A DNA stretch of 64,000 nucleotides, taken from Candidatus Bilamarchaeaceae archaeon. GTDB taxonomy: Archaea > Micrarchaeota > Micrarchaeia > Anstonellales > Bilamarchaeaceae. The notes below the pieces were generated by a model. That model saw only the letters and a list, made by a program, of their open reading frames with translations, had not been told where the DNA came from and made no database searches. Location: positions 4,880-68,879 of the forward strand of contig JAVZJR010000003.1 in assembly GCA_038870635.1 (NCBI GenBank). Reading direction: 5' to 3'. Positions 9,607 through 19,290 of this stretch are shown here, one piece after another. The position numbers and the translations under genes were made by a program. The first letter of the stretch is position 1. Each line of letters opens with the position of its first letter.

Positions 9607-9990
9607 ATGAACCTCGTATTTAGTGAAGAATCTCTTAAATGGCTAAAAGAGAAAGGTTTTAACGATTGGGAAATCGAAGATGCCCAAAAGTACATAAACA
9701 TTGCTGCCAAAAGCATATTGAACAATGAAACTGCAATTAGGATACCAGAAGGAACAACAGTAAAAGTGGCGGCTCTTGCATATGCTGTGCTTTCAAACTT
9801 TGATGAAAATATGGCCCAAAGTAAGATGATAACCATTTCTCAAGAAATACGCGATGCGTATAATGAGGAAATAGAGATAGGACAATTGGAAGAGCTTCAT
9901 GCCAAAATAAGAAAGGTTAAACTTGGAAAGATTTATTCAGATGCAAGAAAAAAATCCAGCGTTAAAAAAGGAAGTCCAACAATAGATTAA
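9607..9990 (+). CDS. hypothetical protein (127 aa)
   Basis: ORF with protein-like composition, preferred over the hydrophobic antisense ORF 9600-9836; no family recognised. Confidence 0.5.
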   Translation: MNLVFSEESLKWLKEKGFNDWEIEDAQKYINIAAKSILNNETAIRIPEGTTVKVAALAYAVLSNFDENMAQSKMITISQEIRDAYNEEIEIGQLEELHAKIRKVKLGKIYSDARKKSSVKKGSPTID

Positions 9991-10529
9991 AGCAACTCGC
10001 CACGTGCTTGTTCTATCTGAATGCGCGCAACGTCCTGTTTTCTTCTGAAATCAGGAAGAACAGCATTAGAAAAACGTAATGGTAAAAGAGAATCATAGAT
10101 GTCCTCCATTAAAGAGAAATAAATCTCAGCCTCTTTTCTCTCGTTTCTTCTAAGCGCCTCGTACATCTCTCTTTTTAATTCCCCAATGGCATCGAGCAAG
10201 CCATTTAAGTAAGATACTTCGTCAACACCCACTTCTTTCAAAGAAGGTACTCTTTTTTTTGTAACAACATCGAGAACAATCCGTGCTTCAGCATATTCCT
10301 GCATAATATGACCAATCTGAACTGGAAAAATTAGTGCTAATGATTTTATTTTTTTTATACCATCATCAGCTTCCTTGAGAAACAACATCGCTGCTTTTTT
10401 ATCTTTTGAGTGGATGGCCTTTATCGCGTTCGCGCATGAACGAATTATTATTCTGCTTTTAGCATTTATTTCATCCATCGCTTTCTCTTTTTCCATAAGT
10501 TTCTCTTCAATAGAAGCAATATCAATCAT
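9987..10529 (-). CDS. translin-family (COG2178-like) nucleic-acid-binding protein
   Basis: All-helical 180 aa; 'EVSYLNGLLDAIGELKREM' and a C-terminal 'LPDFRRKQDVAR' pattern as in archaeal translin-like proteins. Confidence 0.6.
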   Translation of the reverse strand: MIDIASIEEKLMEKEKAMDEINAKSRIIIRSCANAIKAIHSKDKKAAMLFLKEADDGIKKIKSLALIFPVQIGHIMQEYAEARIVLDVVTKKRVPSLKEVGVDEVSYLNGLLDAIGELKREMYEALRRNERKEAEIYFSLMEDIYDSLLPLRFSNAVLPDFRRKQDVARIQIEQARGELL

Positions 10530-10650
10530 AAGTCTTATTCTTCCTCTATATTTAAAATGTTTGATATTTTAACTCTAAAAATTTAGCTGGACTTTGGTCA
10601 GGCCATAAGTTTATAAATTTTTTTTTCAAAAAGCAAGAAAGGTGGGTTTT

Positions 10651-11577
10651 ATGGCATTGAAAAATTTAAAAGGCAGGCACCTTCTTAGCGATTTTGATCT
10701 CAACGCTGAGGAGTATTTAGAGGTTTTGGATTTAGCGCAAAAGATGAAGAGCGGAAAGGTTAAGAAAAAACTAACAAATAAATCGCTGATAATGCTTTTT
10801 CAAAAACCTTCAACAAGAACACGACTTTCTTTTGAAATCGGAATGACAAGATTAGGCGGCCATGCGGTTTTTGTCGATATAAGCACAACACAATTAGGAA
10901 GAGGAGAAACCATAGCAGATACAGCAAGAGTGATGGCGCGATATGCAGACATCATCATGGCTCGTCTAAATTCGCAAAAGGATCTTGAAGAAATAGCAAG
11001 ATATTCTAAAGTTCCTGTCATAAATGCACTAACAGATATGTTTCATCCTTGCCAAGTAATGGCAGATTTACTAACGGTAAAAGAGAAAAAAGGTAAAATC
11101 GCAGGTTTAAAAATAGCGTTTCTTGGCGATTGCGGATTTAATATGTTTAATTCAACTGCGATAGCTTTCAGCAAATTAGGCGCTGATGTTTATGGGGGCT
11201 GTCCTAACAAACCAGAGTATAGAATAAAACAGGAAATACTTGAAAGAGCGTTGAAGGATGCAAAAGGAAAGATAGTACTTACAGAAGACCCAATAGAAGC
11301 AGTAAAAGATGCTGATGTTGTTATGACAGATACGTGGGTATCAATGGGCCAAAAAGATGAAGAAAAAAGAATAAAGGACTTGTCGCCTTATCAAGTAAAC
11401 CCAGAACTTATGAAGCACGCAAAACCAGACGCCATATTTATGCACTGCTTGCCAGCACATAGGGGACATGAAGTGGTTGATGAAGTCGCAGATTCTGAGC
11501 AGTCAGTAATATTTGATCAAGCGGAAAACAGATTGCACGCACAAAATGCAATAATGGTAGCGCTTCTTGGAGAATAG
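10651..11577 (+). CDS. argF: ornithine carbamoyltransferase
   Basis: 'KPSTRTRLSFE', 'HPCQ', OTC-specific 'DTWVSMGQ', 'HCLPAHRG'. SD AAGGTGG sits before ATG 10651 (the track starts at GTG 10642). Confidence 0.9.
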   Translation: MALKNLKGRHLLSDFDLNAEEYLEVLDLAQKMKSGKVKKKLTNKSLIMLFQKPSTRTRLSFEIGMTRLGGHAVFVDISTTQLGRGETIADTARVMARYADIIMARLNSQKDLEEIARYSKVPVINALTDMFHPCQVMADLLTVKEKKGKIAGLKIAFLGDCGFNMFNSTAIAFSKLGADVYGGCPNKPEYRIKQEILERALKDAKGKIVLTEDPIEAVKDADVVMTDTWVSMGQKDEEKRIKDLSPYQVNPELMKHAKPDAIFMHCLPAHRGHEVVDEVADSEQSVIFDQAENRLHAQNAIMVALLGE

Positions 11578-11949
11578 CTATACACGCCTTAATCCTTTTA
11601 TCTTTTCATAATCAGTTGGTTTTCTCGTAAAGAGAAAGGCGTCGTTCACAATACAAGCAGCAGCGTTAAAAAGCACTTCTTGCGGCGCTATTACACCGCT
11701 CTCTTCCAATTCATTTTTTAGTTTTGATGCCACTACTGCAACTTTTCTATCGATAGGGATAACAGTTATACTATTTGCAAATGAGACGACCACATCTTGT
11801 TTTTTTATTGTAAAAAGCAGGTGCGCTAATGTTATAGAAGAAATGCATATTTCATCTGTTTTTAAATAGTAATTTAGTTTCTCCACTGTAGATGGTTCGC
11901 CACGTAGAAAGTCAAGCGCAGCATAATAGTCAAGGCATATCTTTTCCAT
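11578..11949 (-). CDS. vapC: PIN-domain toxin VapC
   Basis: 123 aa; N-terminal acidic 'CLDYYAALDF' and C-terminal 'NDAFLFTRKPTDYEKIKGL' PIN pattern; start overlaps the upstream antitoxin stop by 1 nt. Confidence 0.75.
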   Translation of the reverse strand: MEKICLDYYAALDFLRGEPSTVEKLNYYLKTDEICISSITLAHLLFTIKKQDVVVSFANSITVIPIDRKVAVVASKLKNELEESGVIAPQEVLFNAAACIVNDAFLFTRKPTDYEKIKGLRRV

Positions 11950-12158
11950 TAGAATACCCTGTTGCTTATTCTCATGAGAGCCCGCTTATCAACATCATCT
12001 TCTTTTATTGTACCTGCAAAAACCTTTAACTGCTTTTCATTTTCATTCCTTTCGTGCAACAGATACCTAATTACCTCGCTAAAACTCATGCCCTTTGACT
12101 TCTTGAGCCTATTAAGCTCTACATATACATCATCCATTATTGTTATCACACGGACCAT
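11949..12158 (-). CDS. vapB: VapB-type antitoxin
   Basis: 69 aa; 'ITIMDDVYVELNRLKKSKGMSFSEVIRYLL' is typical of archaeal VapB-like antitoxins; lies immediately upstream of the PIN gene. Confidence 0.65.
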   Translation of the reverse strand: MVRVITIMDDVYVELNRLKKSKGMSFSEVIRYLLHERNENEKQLKVFAGTIKEDDVDKRALMRISNRVF

Positions 12159-12344
12159 GGGGGATCAATAAATACATTTAGTAAATATATTTAAACTTTT
12201 CGTCGGTTTGGTTTTGAGAGTGTATAATAGTGGTAATTTGCGTTTATATTTTTTAGACGAAAAAGAAAATATTTTTAAATAAAAAAAATACCTTCTTCTC
12301 ATCCTCGTTATATTTACGAGGAAAAAAGCGACCAGGTGAAAAAT

Positions 12345-13424
12345 ATGGAAGATTTGGTAAAATCTGTTATGGGAGAAAGTACCTCCCAGGTTAAGGATGA
12401 GAGTGAGAGCTTGAGCTCAGAGACGATTAAAATCGTCACTGTCGGTGTCGGTGGTGCCGGAAACAACACTATAAATAGGTTGATAAAAGCAGGTGTTAAA
12501 GGCACAGAGCTAGTAGCCATTAACACAGACAAGCAGCACTTGAGCATAATACACGAGAGAGCAAAAAAGATTTTAATAGGTAAGAGCGTGACAAAAGGTC
12601 TTGGTGCTGGTGGATACCCTGAAATAGGTGCAAAATCAGCAGAAGTCGACAGACCATTAATAGAAAAAGAGCTCGAAGGAGCACACCTTGTTTTCGTATG
12701 CGCTGGTATGGGCGGCGGAACAGGTGGCGGGGCAGCACCAATAGTTGCACAAATAGCAAAAGAACAAGGTGCAATCGTTGTTGCGATGGTAACTTACCCA
12801 TTCGCACTTGAAAGAGCAAGAAAGAAAAAAGCAGATGAAGGCATAAAATTGCTCAAAAAGAGCTGCGACTCAGTCATTATATTAGATAACAACAGATTAG
12901 TGCAATTAGTTCCAAACTTGCCAATGACAGAAGCATTTGCAGTTGCAGACGAAATTTTAGCAAGAGCGATATCTGGTCTTGTTTGGACAATTACCCAACC
13001 ATCACTCATCAACATTGACTTTGCAGATGTGCGCGCTATTATGGAAGGCGGCGGAGTTGGATTTATAGCAGTAGGTGAAGGAAAAGGAAATGATAAAGTA
13101 AGAGCAGCTGCAGAAGGAGTTATAAAGAACAGATTGCTCGACGTTGATTTCGAAGGTGCTAAGGGTGCACTTATACACATAAGTGGTGGAAGCGACCTCA
13201 CACTCGGCGATGCAATAAAAGCAGGTGAGTTAATAACAGAGAAGATGGATGCTGAAGCAAATGTTAAGTGGGGCGCAAGAATAATGCAAAACTACGAAGG
13301 CAAACTCGAGATAGTGGCCATAGTAACTGGTGTTAAAGGCGCATCAGTTGGTGGCGCTCAATTCAGCCAAGAAGAAGAAACAAGCGCACCTATATATGGT
13401 GAAGAACTCGAAGTACTTGGTTAG
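12345..13424 (+). CDS. ftsZ: cell division GTPase FtsZ
   Basis: '[13 protein letters not shown]' and tubulin signature '[15 protein letters not shown]'. SD AGGTGA sits before ATG 12345 (the track starts at GTG 12336). Confidence 0.92.
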   Translation: MEDLVKSVMGESTSQVKDESESLSSETIKIVTVGVGGAGNNTINRLIKAGVKGTELVAINTDKQHLSIIHERAKKILIGKSVTKGLGAGGYPEIGAKSAEVDRPLIEKELEGAHLVFVCAGMGGGTGGGAAPIVAQIAKEQGAIVVAMVTYPFALERARKKKADEGIKLLKKSCDSVIILDNNRLVQLVPNLPMTEAFAVADEILARAISGLVWTITQPSLINIDFADVRAIMEGGGVGFIAVGEGKGNDKVRAAAEGVIKNRLLDVDFEGAKGALIHISGGSDLTLGDAIKAGELITEKMDAEANVKWGARIMQNYEGKLEIVAIVTGVKGASVGGAQFSQEEETSAPIYGEELEVLG

Positions 13425-13453
13425 TTTTTTCTTTTTTTCTTTTTTTGATTTTT

Positions 13454-14248
13454 ATGCAGTATAGCGACCTCGTTAACGATATTCAAAAATTATCTTACGA
13501 GATGGTTTTTCCTTTAATTCCTTTTTTCTTAGTGAATTTTTTTAATATGGAAATAAAATATGGCGTAGAGGCTGCCATATTAATAGAAGTAGTTAGTCTC
13601 ACGGTTTTTGTTTTAACTATTTTTATAAGACAGCGCTTCAAAAAAAATGCAAGTCCATTAGGGCTTGCGACAGCAGCCATAGCACGATGGTTTTTGGCAG
13701 GAGCACAAAGCACTTTGGGCATGTTTACTTATAGAATAGCAGAATATGTTGGTTTAGGAATAGCAGAAAAAAGCACGCAAAATCTTAAAATTCACAGAAG
13801 TGCAATGATCACGGGACCATTACTTACTTTATTCCTTGTTATTTTTATTGAGGTAAAAACAATAATAACAATCTCTGCTTTTGTATTAGGATGCGCATTT
13901 CTTTTATCTTTATTTTTAAAAAAAGAAAAAGAGGAAACCTATCTGGCCCAAAACAATCTTCTTAAAACGATTATACCAATTTTGCTTGTATTTATTTTTT
14001 TAGCATTTGAAACGCTTTCAGCGCCCCTATTTTTCTTACCTCTTTTTTATATCGCTTATCAAACATTTCGTATCTTGATGGGAAAACGCCTCGCAAATTT
14101 TCTAAGAAAAGAAAGCAGTCGAACGACTGTTAGTATAATCGCGATTATTCTTTCGTTATATTTTCTTTTTTCTTCTACTCTATTGACAATGCACATATTA
14201 GCTTTTGTCTTACTTGGAATTTTTACTGCTATGTATGAAAATGGATAA
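13454..14248 (+). CDS. hypothetical polytopic membrane protein
   Basis: Multiple hydrophobic helices; no family recognised; ATG 13454 preferred over TTG 13445. Confidence 0.55.
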   Translation: MQYSDLVNDIQKLSYEMVFPLIPFFLVNFFNMEIKYGVEAAILIEVVSLTVFVLTIFIRQRFKKNASPLGLATAAIARWFLAGAQSTLGMFTYRIAEYVGLGIAEKSTQNLKIHRSAMITGPLLTLFLVIFIEVKTIITISAFVLGCAFLLSLFLKKEKEETYLAQNNLLKTIIPILLVFIFLAFETLSAPLFFLPLFYIAYQTFRILMGKRLANFLRKESSRTTVSIIAIILSLYFLFSSTLLTMHILAFVLLGIFTAMYENG

Positions 14249-14287
14249 AATTTTAAATACACGCTCTTTAATATTCTCGGTGAAAAA

Positions 14288-14689
14288 ATGTTAGGAATGG
14301 TTGGGATAAGGCTTCTTGACGGAAGTGTAAAGATAAAAGAAGACACGCCACCCAAAGGGCTTGCAATCGATTTAAAGATAACGAAGATAAGCAAAACTGA
14401 AAGGCCAGAGCTTGCGAATGTAAAGTTTTCTTATACAGTCTCATACACGCCAAATACAGCAGTGCTTAAGCTTGAGGGAGACGCGTTATTTACTGATGAA
14501 CCAGCTGTCCTAGAAAAAATAATAACATCTTGGAAAGAAAAGGAAAGAATAGATGAAGAAATAGCAGCGCGAATACTTAATTTCATAAATCCGTTTGTAA
14601 CACACAATGCCTTACTTATGCTCCGCGCGTTTAACCTTCCGCCACATATATCCCCGCCTCCGATAATACCACAGAAAAAAAGCAAATAA
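14288..14689 (+). CDS. hypothetical protein (133 aa)
   Basis: SD GGTGA upstream; Pro-rich C-terminus 'LPPHISPPPIIP'; no confident family. Confidence 0.5.
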   Translation: MLGMVGIRLLDGSVKIKEDTPPKGLAIDLKITKISKTERPELANVKFSYTVSYTPNTAVLKLEGDALFTDEPAVLEKIITSWKEKERIDEEIAARILNFINPFVTHNALLMLRAFNLPPHISPPPIIPQKKSK

Positions 14690-14700
14690 AGTGATAATAG

Positions 14701-15423
14701 ATGGAACTAAAAAGTGTTTTTGCAGCATATGGTGAAAAACCACTACTTTTCTTATGGGGGTCATTGCTTTACGTTTTTTTCTCTCTTATAGTTTTACTTT
14801 CAACTATTGGCATTCTTCTTGTCTCATTCTTGCTGCTTTTCTTTTTTGGATACTTACCTAATTTTGATACACCTCTAAATCTAATACTATATGCCCTACC
14901 AACAACAATAGCATTGCTCTTTATGTTATACATGAACGGATGCATCACCGCAGCAACTATTTATGCTTACAAAAATGCCACGAATGGCACTGCAATCTCT
15001 CTAATAGATTTTTATCACTACGGTCTATCCCGCGGTCCGATGATGTTCTCTATAGGAGTACTAAGGGATTTCTTTATGTTTATCGTAATAGGAGTAGGGG
15101 CTGCGATTTATTATTATGGATTGCAGGGATTTGAGTATGGCACCCATATACTAGTAATTTATACTCTTATGGTTCTCTTCGTGTTCCATCTTATTACAAA
15201 ACCAGGAATAATTGCTTGTGGTCTTGGTGAACGTCCATTTGAAAGTTTTAAGAAAACCTATCTTGTTTTTGCAAAAAAACATATTTATTTTATAGTGTTT
15301 TTTACAATGTATGCCTTTGTTTGGCTAATGAATTTTATTCCAATTTTGCAGTTTATTTCTCTCTTTGTACTCTTCCCTCTTTCATATAGCGCATTGATAA
15401 AAATGGTTGAAGAGATAAGGTGA
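14701..15423 (+). CDS. hypothetical polytopic membrane protein
   Basis: 240 aa with about 6 hydrophobic helices; SD GTGAT upstream. Confidence 0.6.
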   Translation: MELKSVFAAYGEKPLLFLWGSLLYVFFSLIVLLSTIGILLVSFLLLFFFGYLPNFDTPLNLILYALPTTIALLFMLYMNGCITAATIYAYKNATNGTAISLIDFYHYGLSRGPMMFSIGVLRDFFMFIVIGVGAAIYYYGLQGFEYGTHILVIYTLMVLFVFHLITKPGIIACGLGERPFESFKKTYLVFAKKHIYFIVFFTMYAFVWLMNFIPILQFISLFVLFPLSYSALIKMVEEIR

Positions 15424-15428
15424 TTTTT

Positions 15429-15737
15429 ATGGATAGATTATACGAAATCGCTTTAGAAAAAAGGGCACAGTTAACTAAAATACTAGAAAACGAGCCTTAT
15501 GCTCCTGATAGTTTTGCCCGCGTGGGCTATCGTATTAGGGATGGTGCAACATTGGAAGAAGATAAAACTAAAATTTATTTATTCATATCATCTTCAGAAG
15601 AATTCGTAAAAAAAGCAGATGATAGATTAAAAGATGTTGCAGTCGTTGTCGAAGGTGAAAAGGCTTCACGCATAATTTCAAAAATAAAAGCAGAAGAAGA
15701 AGCCGCGGAGAGTGGGTTTGGCTCACTTTTCGGCTAA
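15429..15737 (+). CDS. small protein with a ribosomal stalk (aP1/P1-P2)-like C-terminal tail
   Basis: 102 aa ending 'KAEEEAAESGFGSLFG'; SD AAGGTGAT lies 5 nt before ATG 15429; the N-terminal part does not resemble canonical aP1. Confidence 0.55.
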   Translation: MDRLYEIALEKRAQLTKILENEPYAPDSFARVGYRIRDGATLEEDKTKIYLFISSSEEFVKKADDRLKDVAVVVEGEKASRIISKIKAEEEAAESGFGSLFG

Positions 15738-15815
15738 TTTGTTTTTTTTACTCTTTTTTATACTAACATACACATTTATAAATAGAATTATGTTTAATAA
15801 TTATTAGGGGTTGAG

Positions 15816-18800
15816 ATGAAATATAAGTTTAATTTATTAACTACGAAAGATTTAAATAAACTAAACAATACTAATTATAAGTCGAGATGTTTCTCGATAA
15901 AGTATCCGCGGCTCTCAAAAGCAATTGCTGCTGGATTAGGTTTATGGTTAATGTTAGAGGGTGTTATTATGCCTATAGGCGGTGGTGTTTATGGAAAATT
16001 TGGAAAAGAGGTTTATGCGCAAACTCCAAAGAAAGTTGACCCATACGACGAATTAATTGAATCGTTGAACCAAATAATAAAGGAAAATGAAAAAATAAGT
16101 AAAGAATTGAAAGAAGGGACGGCGATACCACTTTACTTAAACAGTAAAAATGGGAAAAATATATTAACTAGATTAGAAAAAGCCGGTTTTGAAGTAAAAG
16201 ACGGTAAAGTATTATACAAAGGAAAAGAAGTATATACATTATCTAAGGACAAGAAAGGACGCTATTATATAGGGGATATTAATGAGTTTACAAATGAAAT
16301 TGTAGTCATATATAATAAAGAACAAGCAAACATGGCAATTGAAAACATAGAAAAAGAAGAAAAAAATAAGCCTACTGCTGTAGCTGTAACTCCTGTTAAA
16401 GAAAAATCACAAATAGAAAAATCACAAATACGTGAAAAAACGGCAGAAGAGAAAGAAAGTATAAATAAAATAAACAAGTATTGGAGCACCGTTTTAGGCA
16501 ATTGGGTTGCATACTACTACCAGACAACTAATAGAATAAAAGAAGAAATAAAAAAAGAAATAGGATATTTAAAAGCGCAGAAAAGTGAAAAAAAACTTAG
16601 TAAAAAAGAAATAGAAGAACTCAATAATAAAATAAATAAACTTGAAGAGAAACTTACAAAAATCGATGATGATTACATAAAATTGAAGAAAGAAATTGAA
16701 CAAAAAAAGAAAGAAGGATATTATACTGAAGAAGACATAAACAAACTAGCAAACATTCTATTAAAAGATTCTCCTCAATTAGAAGAATTTAATAAGTTGG
16801 CTTACCCTGAAAAACTCTCATTCCTAGAACAACATCTCTTTTATGTGTTACATCTTCAAAGTGAAGCAATTAATTCCTACTTAAAACAAGTAGACACACC
16901 TACAAAAGATCTTTTATATGTTTTAGATATTATAAATAAACAAGAACTAGAAGGTTATTCATTAAACAATATTTTAGGAATACGTCTGCTTTTAGCTGCA
17001 ATTAATGATAGAGATCTAGAGAGAAATATATCCAATGCCAAAGAGTACTACGACCAACATAAAGATAAAGGAGAAAAGTACAGAAATATAGCTGAAATAG
17101 AAAAAACCCGATTAGAAGGAATAAAAGGACTTATAAAAGAAAATGAACTCTACAACAAAGCATTAGAGATTACAAAAAACACTTTCGGTGAAAATAGCGA
17201 ATTTTATAAAAATGCGAACAGTAAGTTGGTTGGCGATAAAAAAATAATAGCATACACACTCTTGTCAATTTGTGAATTAAAGAATCTCAATGATTTGAAA
17301 AAAAATACACAAGGATTTCGCTTGGAATTGGCAATTGAACATTTCAACAAGCTCTTTATACCAAGCATGAAAAGCGAGCAGATAAAGAGATTTGAAATGG
17401 CGGGGTATGATATGAAAGAAGATCCTTTATTATTTAATCCTTATGCTGCTCTAGTAATAGCAAATGTTGGTATAGCGCAAATAATGGGAGGATCAAGATA
17501 TATTGATTTAGTAGCTTACTTAAATCGCCATGACCAAATACAAGATGTGCATGCAGTGATAACTTACATATTGGAGAAAGGAGGCATTGCGTACCCATTC
17601 ATATATCAAAATCCTATACTTACAAATGACGATGTGGGTGTTACATTTCTTACAAAAATAATAGATGAGAATAATGAAAAGTTTAATAAATATGTTGGGG
17701 GAATAGACCAATCTTTTTACCCAAATCTCATAACAGATAATAAGAATAGGCAACACAATCCTTACATAGGGTCACCCATCGAAATTATTGAAAGCTACTC
17801 ACCAAATTATATAAAAAGGAAAATATTTCCCCAATTTTTAACCCATCGAAATAATGATAGATATGAAGTAGAGTACAAGAGGTTCAATAATAGACAAAAC
17901 TACCCTGATGAAAGAAAAAAAGAAGACATACTATCACTACTAACACCTACTGAACAACTTTTAGCATTTGAAGCACCGCAGTCAATATTAGCTCCTCCAC
18001 CCACAAAAATACCACCGTCAACAACAGCAAGATTCGAAAGATTATATGTACTCCCAACGCAATTTGAAATGAAAATTGGCGAAAGTGGATTTTATTATAA
18101 TGGTGTACCGTCTCCGAGCGCAATACAAAAAGTTGGGGAAGAAGGCGCAGAGGCGTTAATTAGGGCATTGGTATATGGTTTAAATGTAAAAGAGACGGGC
18201 GATGTTAAAAATGCCGCAGATAATATAATAAATGAACTTAACAAATGGCAACCAAAAAGTGATGAGGAAAAAAAAATTAAGGATGATATAATAACACAAC
18301 TTCAAAACGCAAAAACGCCGGAAGAATTAAGAGCAGCCATAATCAAACTCCAACAAAAAGAACTCGGCATAGATTTTTTAAGTTCTATTTGCTCTTATCA
18401 GTGGGAGGGAAATACACTCCGTATAAGAAATTTGTATGGATTTGAAGTCAACATTAATATGAATGTAACTAAGGAAGAGATAAAAAAAGAATTAGGTGAA
18501 AAATATATAAATTTAATAAGTATTCCAGCAGGATTAGCAGGAAGGATTGGTTTAGCCTATTCACAAATAGCCGGTACTTTAATTGAAGAAAAACTTATTG
18601 ATTTTAATGAAAAGAACGAACCTGTTTTTGAACCGACTGGCAAAACAAAAAGAGCGATTATGAGTGAATGGGAGGTATATTTAAATGGTATATATAATTT
18701 CTTAGCATTCAAAGCGCCAGCTGTCTTGGGTGGGGTTGGATTGGTTCAAGTAAATGTAGATATTAATCTTGACAAACAATCGTTAGAAAGAACAATATCT

Positions 18801-19280
18801 GATAATAAGTTTGATTTTGATAACTGGTTATTCTCTAGTAATATAAGTGTTTCTATTGATTTTCCATTTGGTGAAGGTTTCTTCATAAGAAGATTAGAAT
18901 TAGGTTATCTCAATCCAATATTTATAACACAAGAAGGAAAAATGCAACTAACAGAGAATCCATTCGGAAGCATAACATTCGGATATAAAGAAAAGTTAGG
19001 AAATATACCTCTTGAAATTTATGTTACTCCAACCTATCTAATTAATACAAAGGAACTTATACTATCTTCCCTCATACGAGCACTAATTCCTGTTGGTAAA
19101 AACTGGGGGATTATACCCACTTTGGGATCGAGCTATGATTTTAGAGATGGTCGTCTAAATGCTAATTTTGAACTACCTTTACAATGGGGGATATTTAAGT
19201 TGGGACCGTCGGTAGGAATAGAATATAAAGGCGAAAACATTAATTTCAATATATTAATAAAAGGTGAGGTTAATTTTTAG
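15816..19280 (+). CDS. giant ORFan envelope protein (1154 aa): N-terminal anchor, coiled coil, beta-rich C-terminus
   Basis: Long uninterrupted ORF; hydrophobic 'AIAAGLGLWLMLEGVIMPIGGGV'; K/E-rich heptad-like region; Pro-rich linker 'APPPTKIPPS'; amphipathic beta-strand pattern to the final Phe. Confidence 0.8.
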   Translation: MKYKFNLLTTKDLNKLNNTNYKSRCFSIKYPRLSKAIAAGLGLWLMLEGVIMPIGGGVYGKFGKEVYAQTPKKVDPYDELIESLNQIIKENEKISKELKEGTAIPLYLNSKNGKNILTRLEKAGFEVKDGKVLYKGKEVYTLSKDKKGRYYIGDINEFTNEIVVIYNKEQANMAIENIEKEEKNKPTAVAVTPVKEKSQIEKSQIREKTAEEKESINKINKYWSTVLGNWVAYYYQTTNRIKEEIKKEIGYLKAQKSEKKLSKKEIEELNNKINKLEEKLTKIDDDYIKLKKEIEQKKKEGYYTEEDINKLANILLKDSPQLEEFNKLAYPEKLSFLEQHLFYVLHLQSEAINSYLKQVDTPTKDLLYVLDIINKQELEGYSLNNILGIRLLLAAINDRDLERNISNAKEYYDQHKDKGEKYRNIAEIEKTRLEGIKGLIKENELYNKALEITKNTFGENSEFYKNANSKLVGDKKIIAYTLLSICELKNLNDLKKNTQGFRLELAIEHFNKLFIPSMKSEQIKRFEMAGYDMKEDPLLFNPYAALVIANVGIAQIMGGSRYIDLVAYLNRHDQIQDVHAVITYILEKGGIAYPFIYQNPILTNDDVGVTFLTKIIDENNEKFNKYVGGIDQSFYPNLITDNKNRQHNPYIGSPIEIIESYSPNYIKRKIFPQFLTHRNNDRYEVEYKRFNNRQNYPDERKKEDILSLLTPTEQLLAFEAPQSILAPPPTKIPPSTTARFERLYVLPTQFEMKIGESGFYYNGVPSPSAIQKVGEEGAEALIRALVYGLNVKETGDVKNAADNIINELNKWQPKSDEEKKIKDDIITQLQNAKTPEELRAAIIKLQQKELGIDFLSSICSYQWEGNTLRIRNLYGFEVNINMNVTKEEIKKELGEKYINLISIPAGLAGRIGLAYSQIAGTLIEEKLIDFNEKNEPVFEPTGKTKRAIMSEWEVYLNGIYNFLAFKAPAVLGGVGLVQVNVDINLDKQSLERTISDNKFDFDNWLFSSNISVSIDFPFGEGFFIRRLELGYLNPIFITQEGKMQLTENPFGSITFGYKEKLGNIPLEIYVTPTYLINTKELILSSLIRALIPVGKNWGIIPTLGSSYDFRDGRLNANFELPLQWGIFKLGPSVGIEYKGENINFNILIKGEVNF
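16401..16430 (+). repeat. perfect 2 x 15-nt in-frame tandem duplication (EKSQI EKSQI)
   Basis: 'gaaaaatcacaaata' occurs twice back to back. Confidence 0.9.
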
Positions 19281-19290
19281 GTGAGCACGG

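Noticed and set aside
15738-15760. Similar T-rich strings after the stop codons upstream of both giant operons ('ttttttactcttttttat' at about 15742 and 'ttttttactattttttaaa' at about 34086).
   Set aside because: They look like generic archaeal oligo-T terminators or A/T-rich promoter DNA. Comparable strings follow many other genes here, for example after ftsZ.
18513-19280. Bacterial contamination or a chimeric contig as the explanation for the OMP-like domains.
   Set aside because: Both giant genes are embedded among clearly archaeal genes, with the same composition, the same SD style and operon-style gene overlaps (an ATGA overlap within operon 1). No compositional break is visible.
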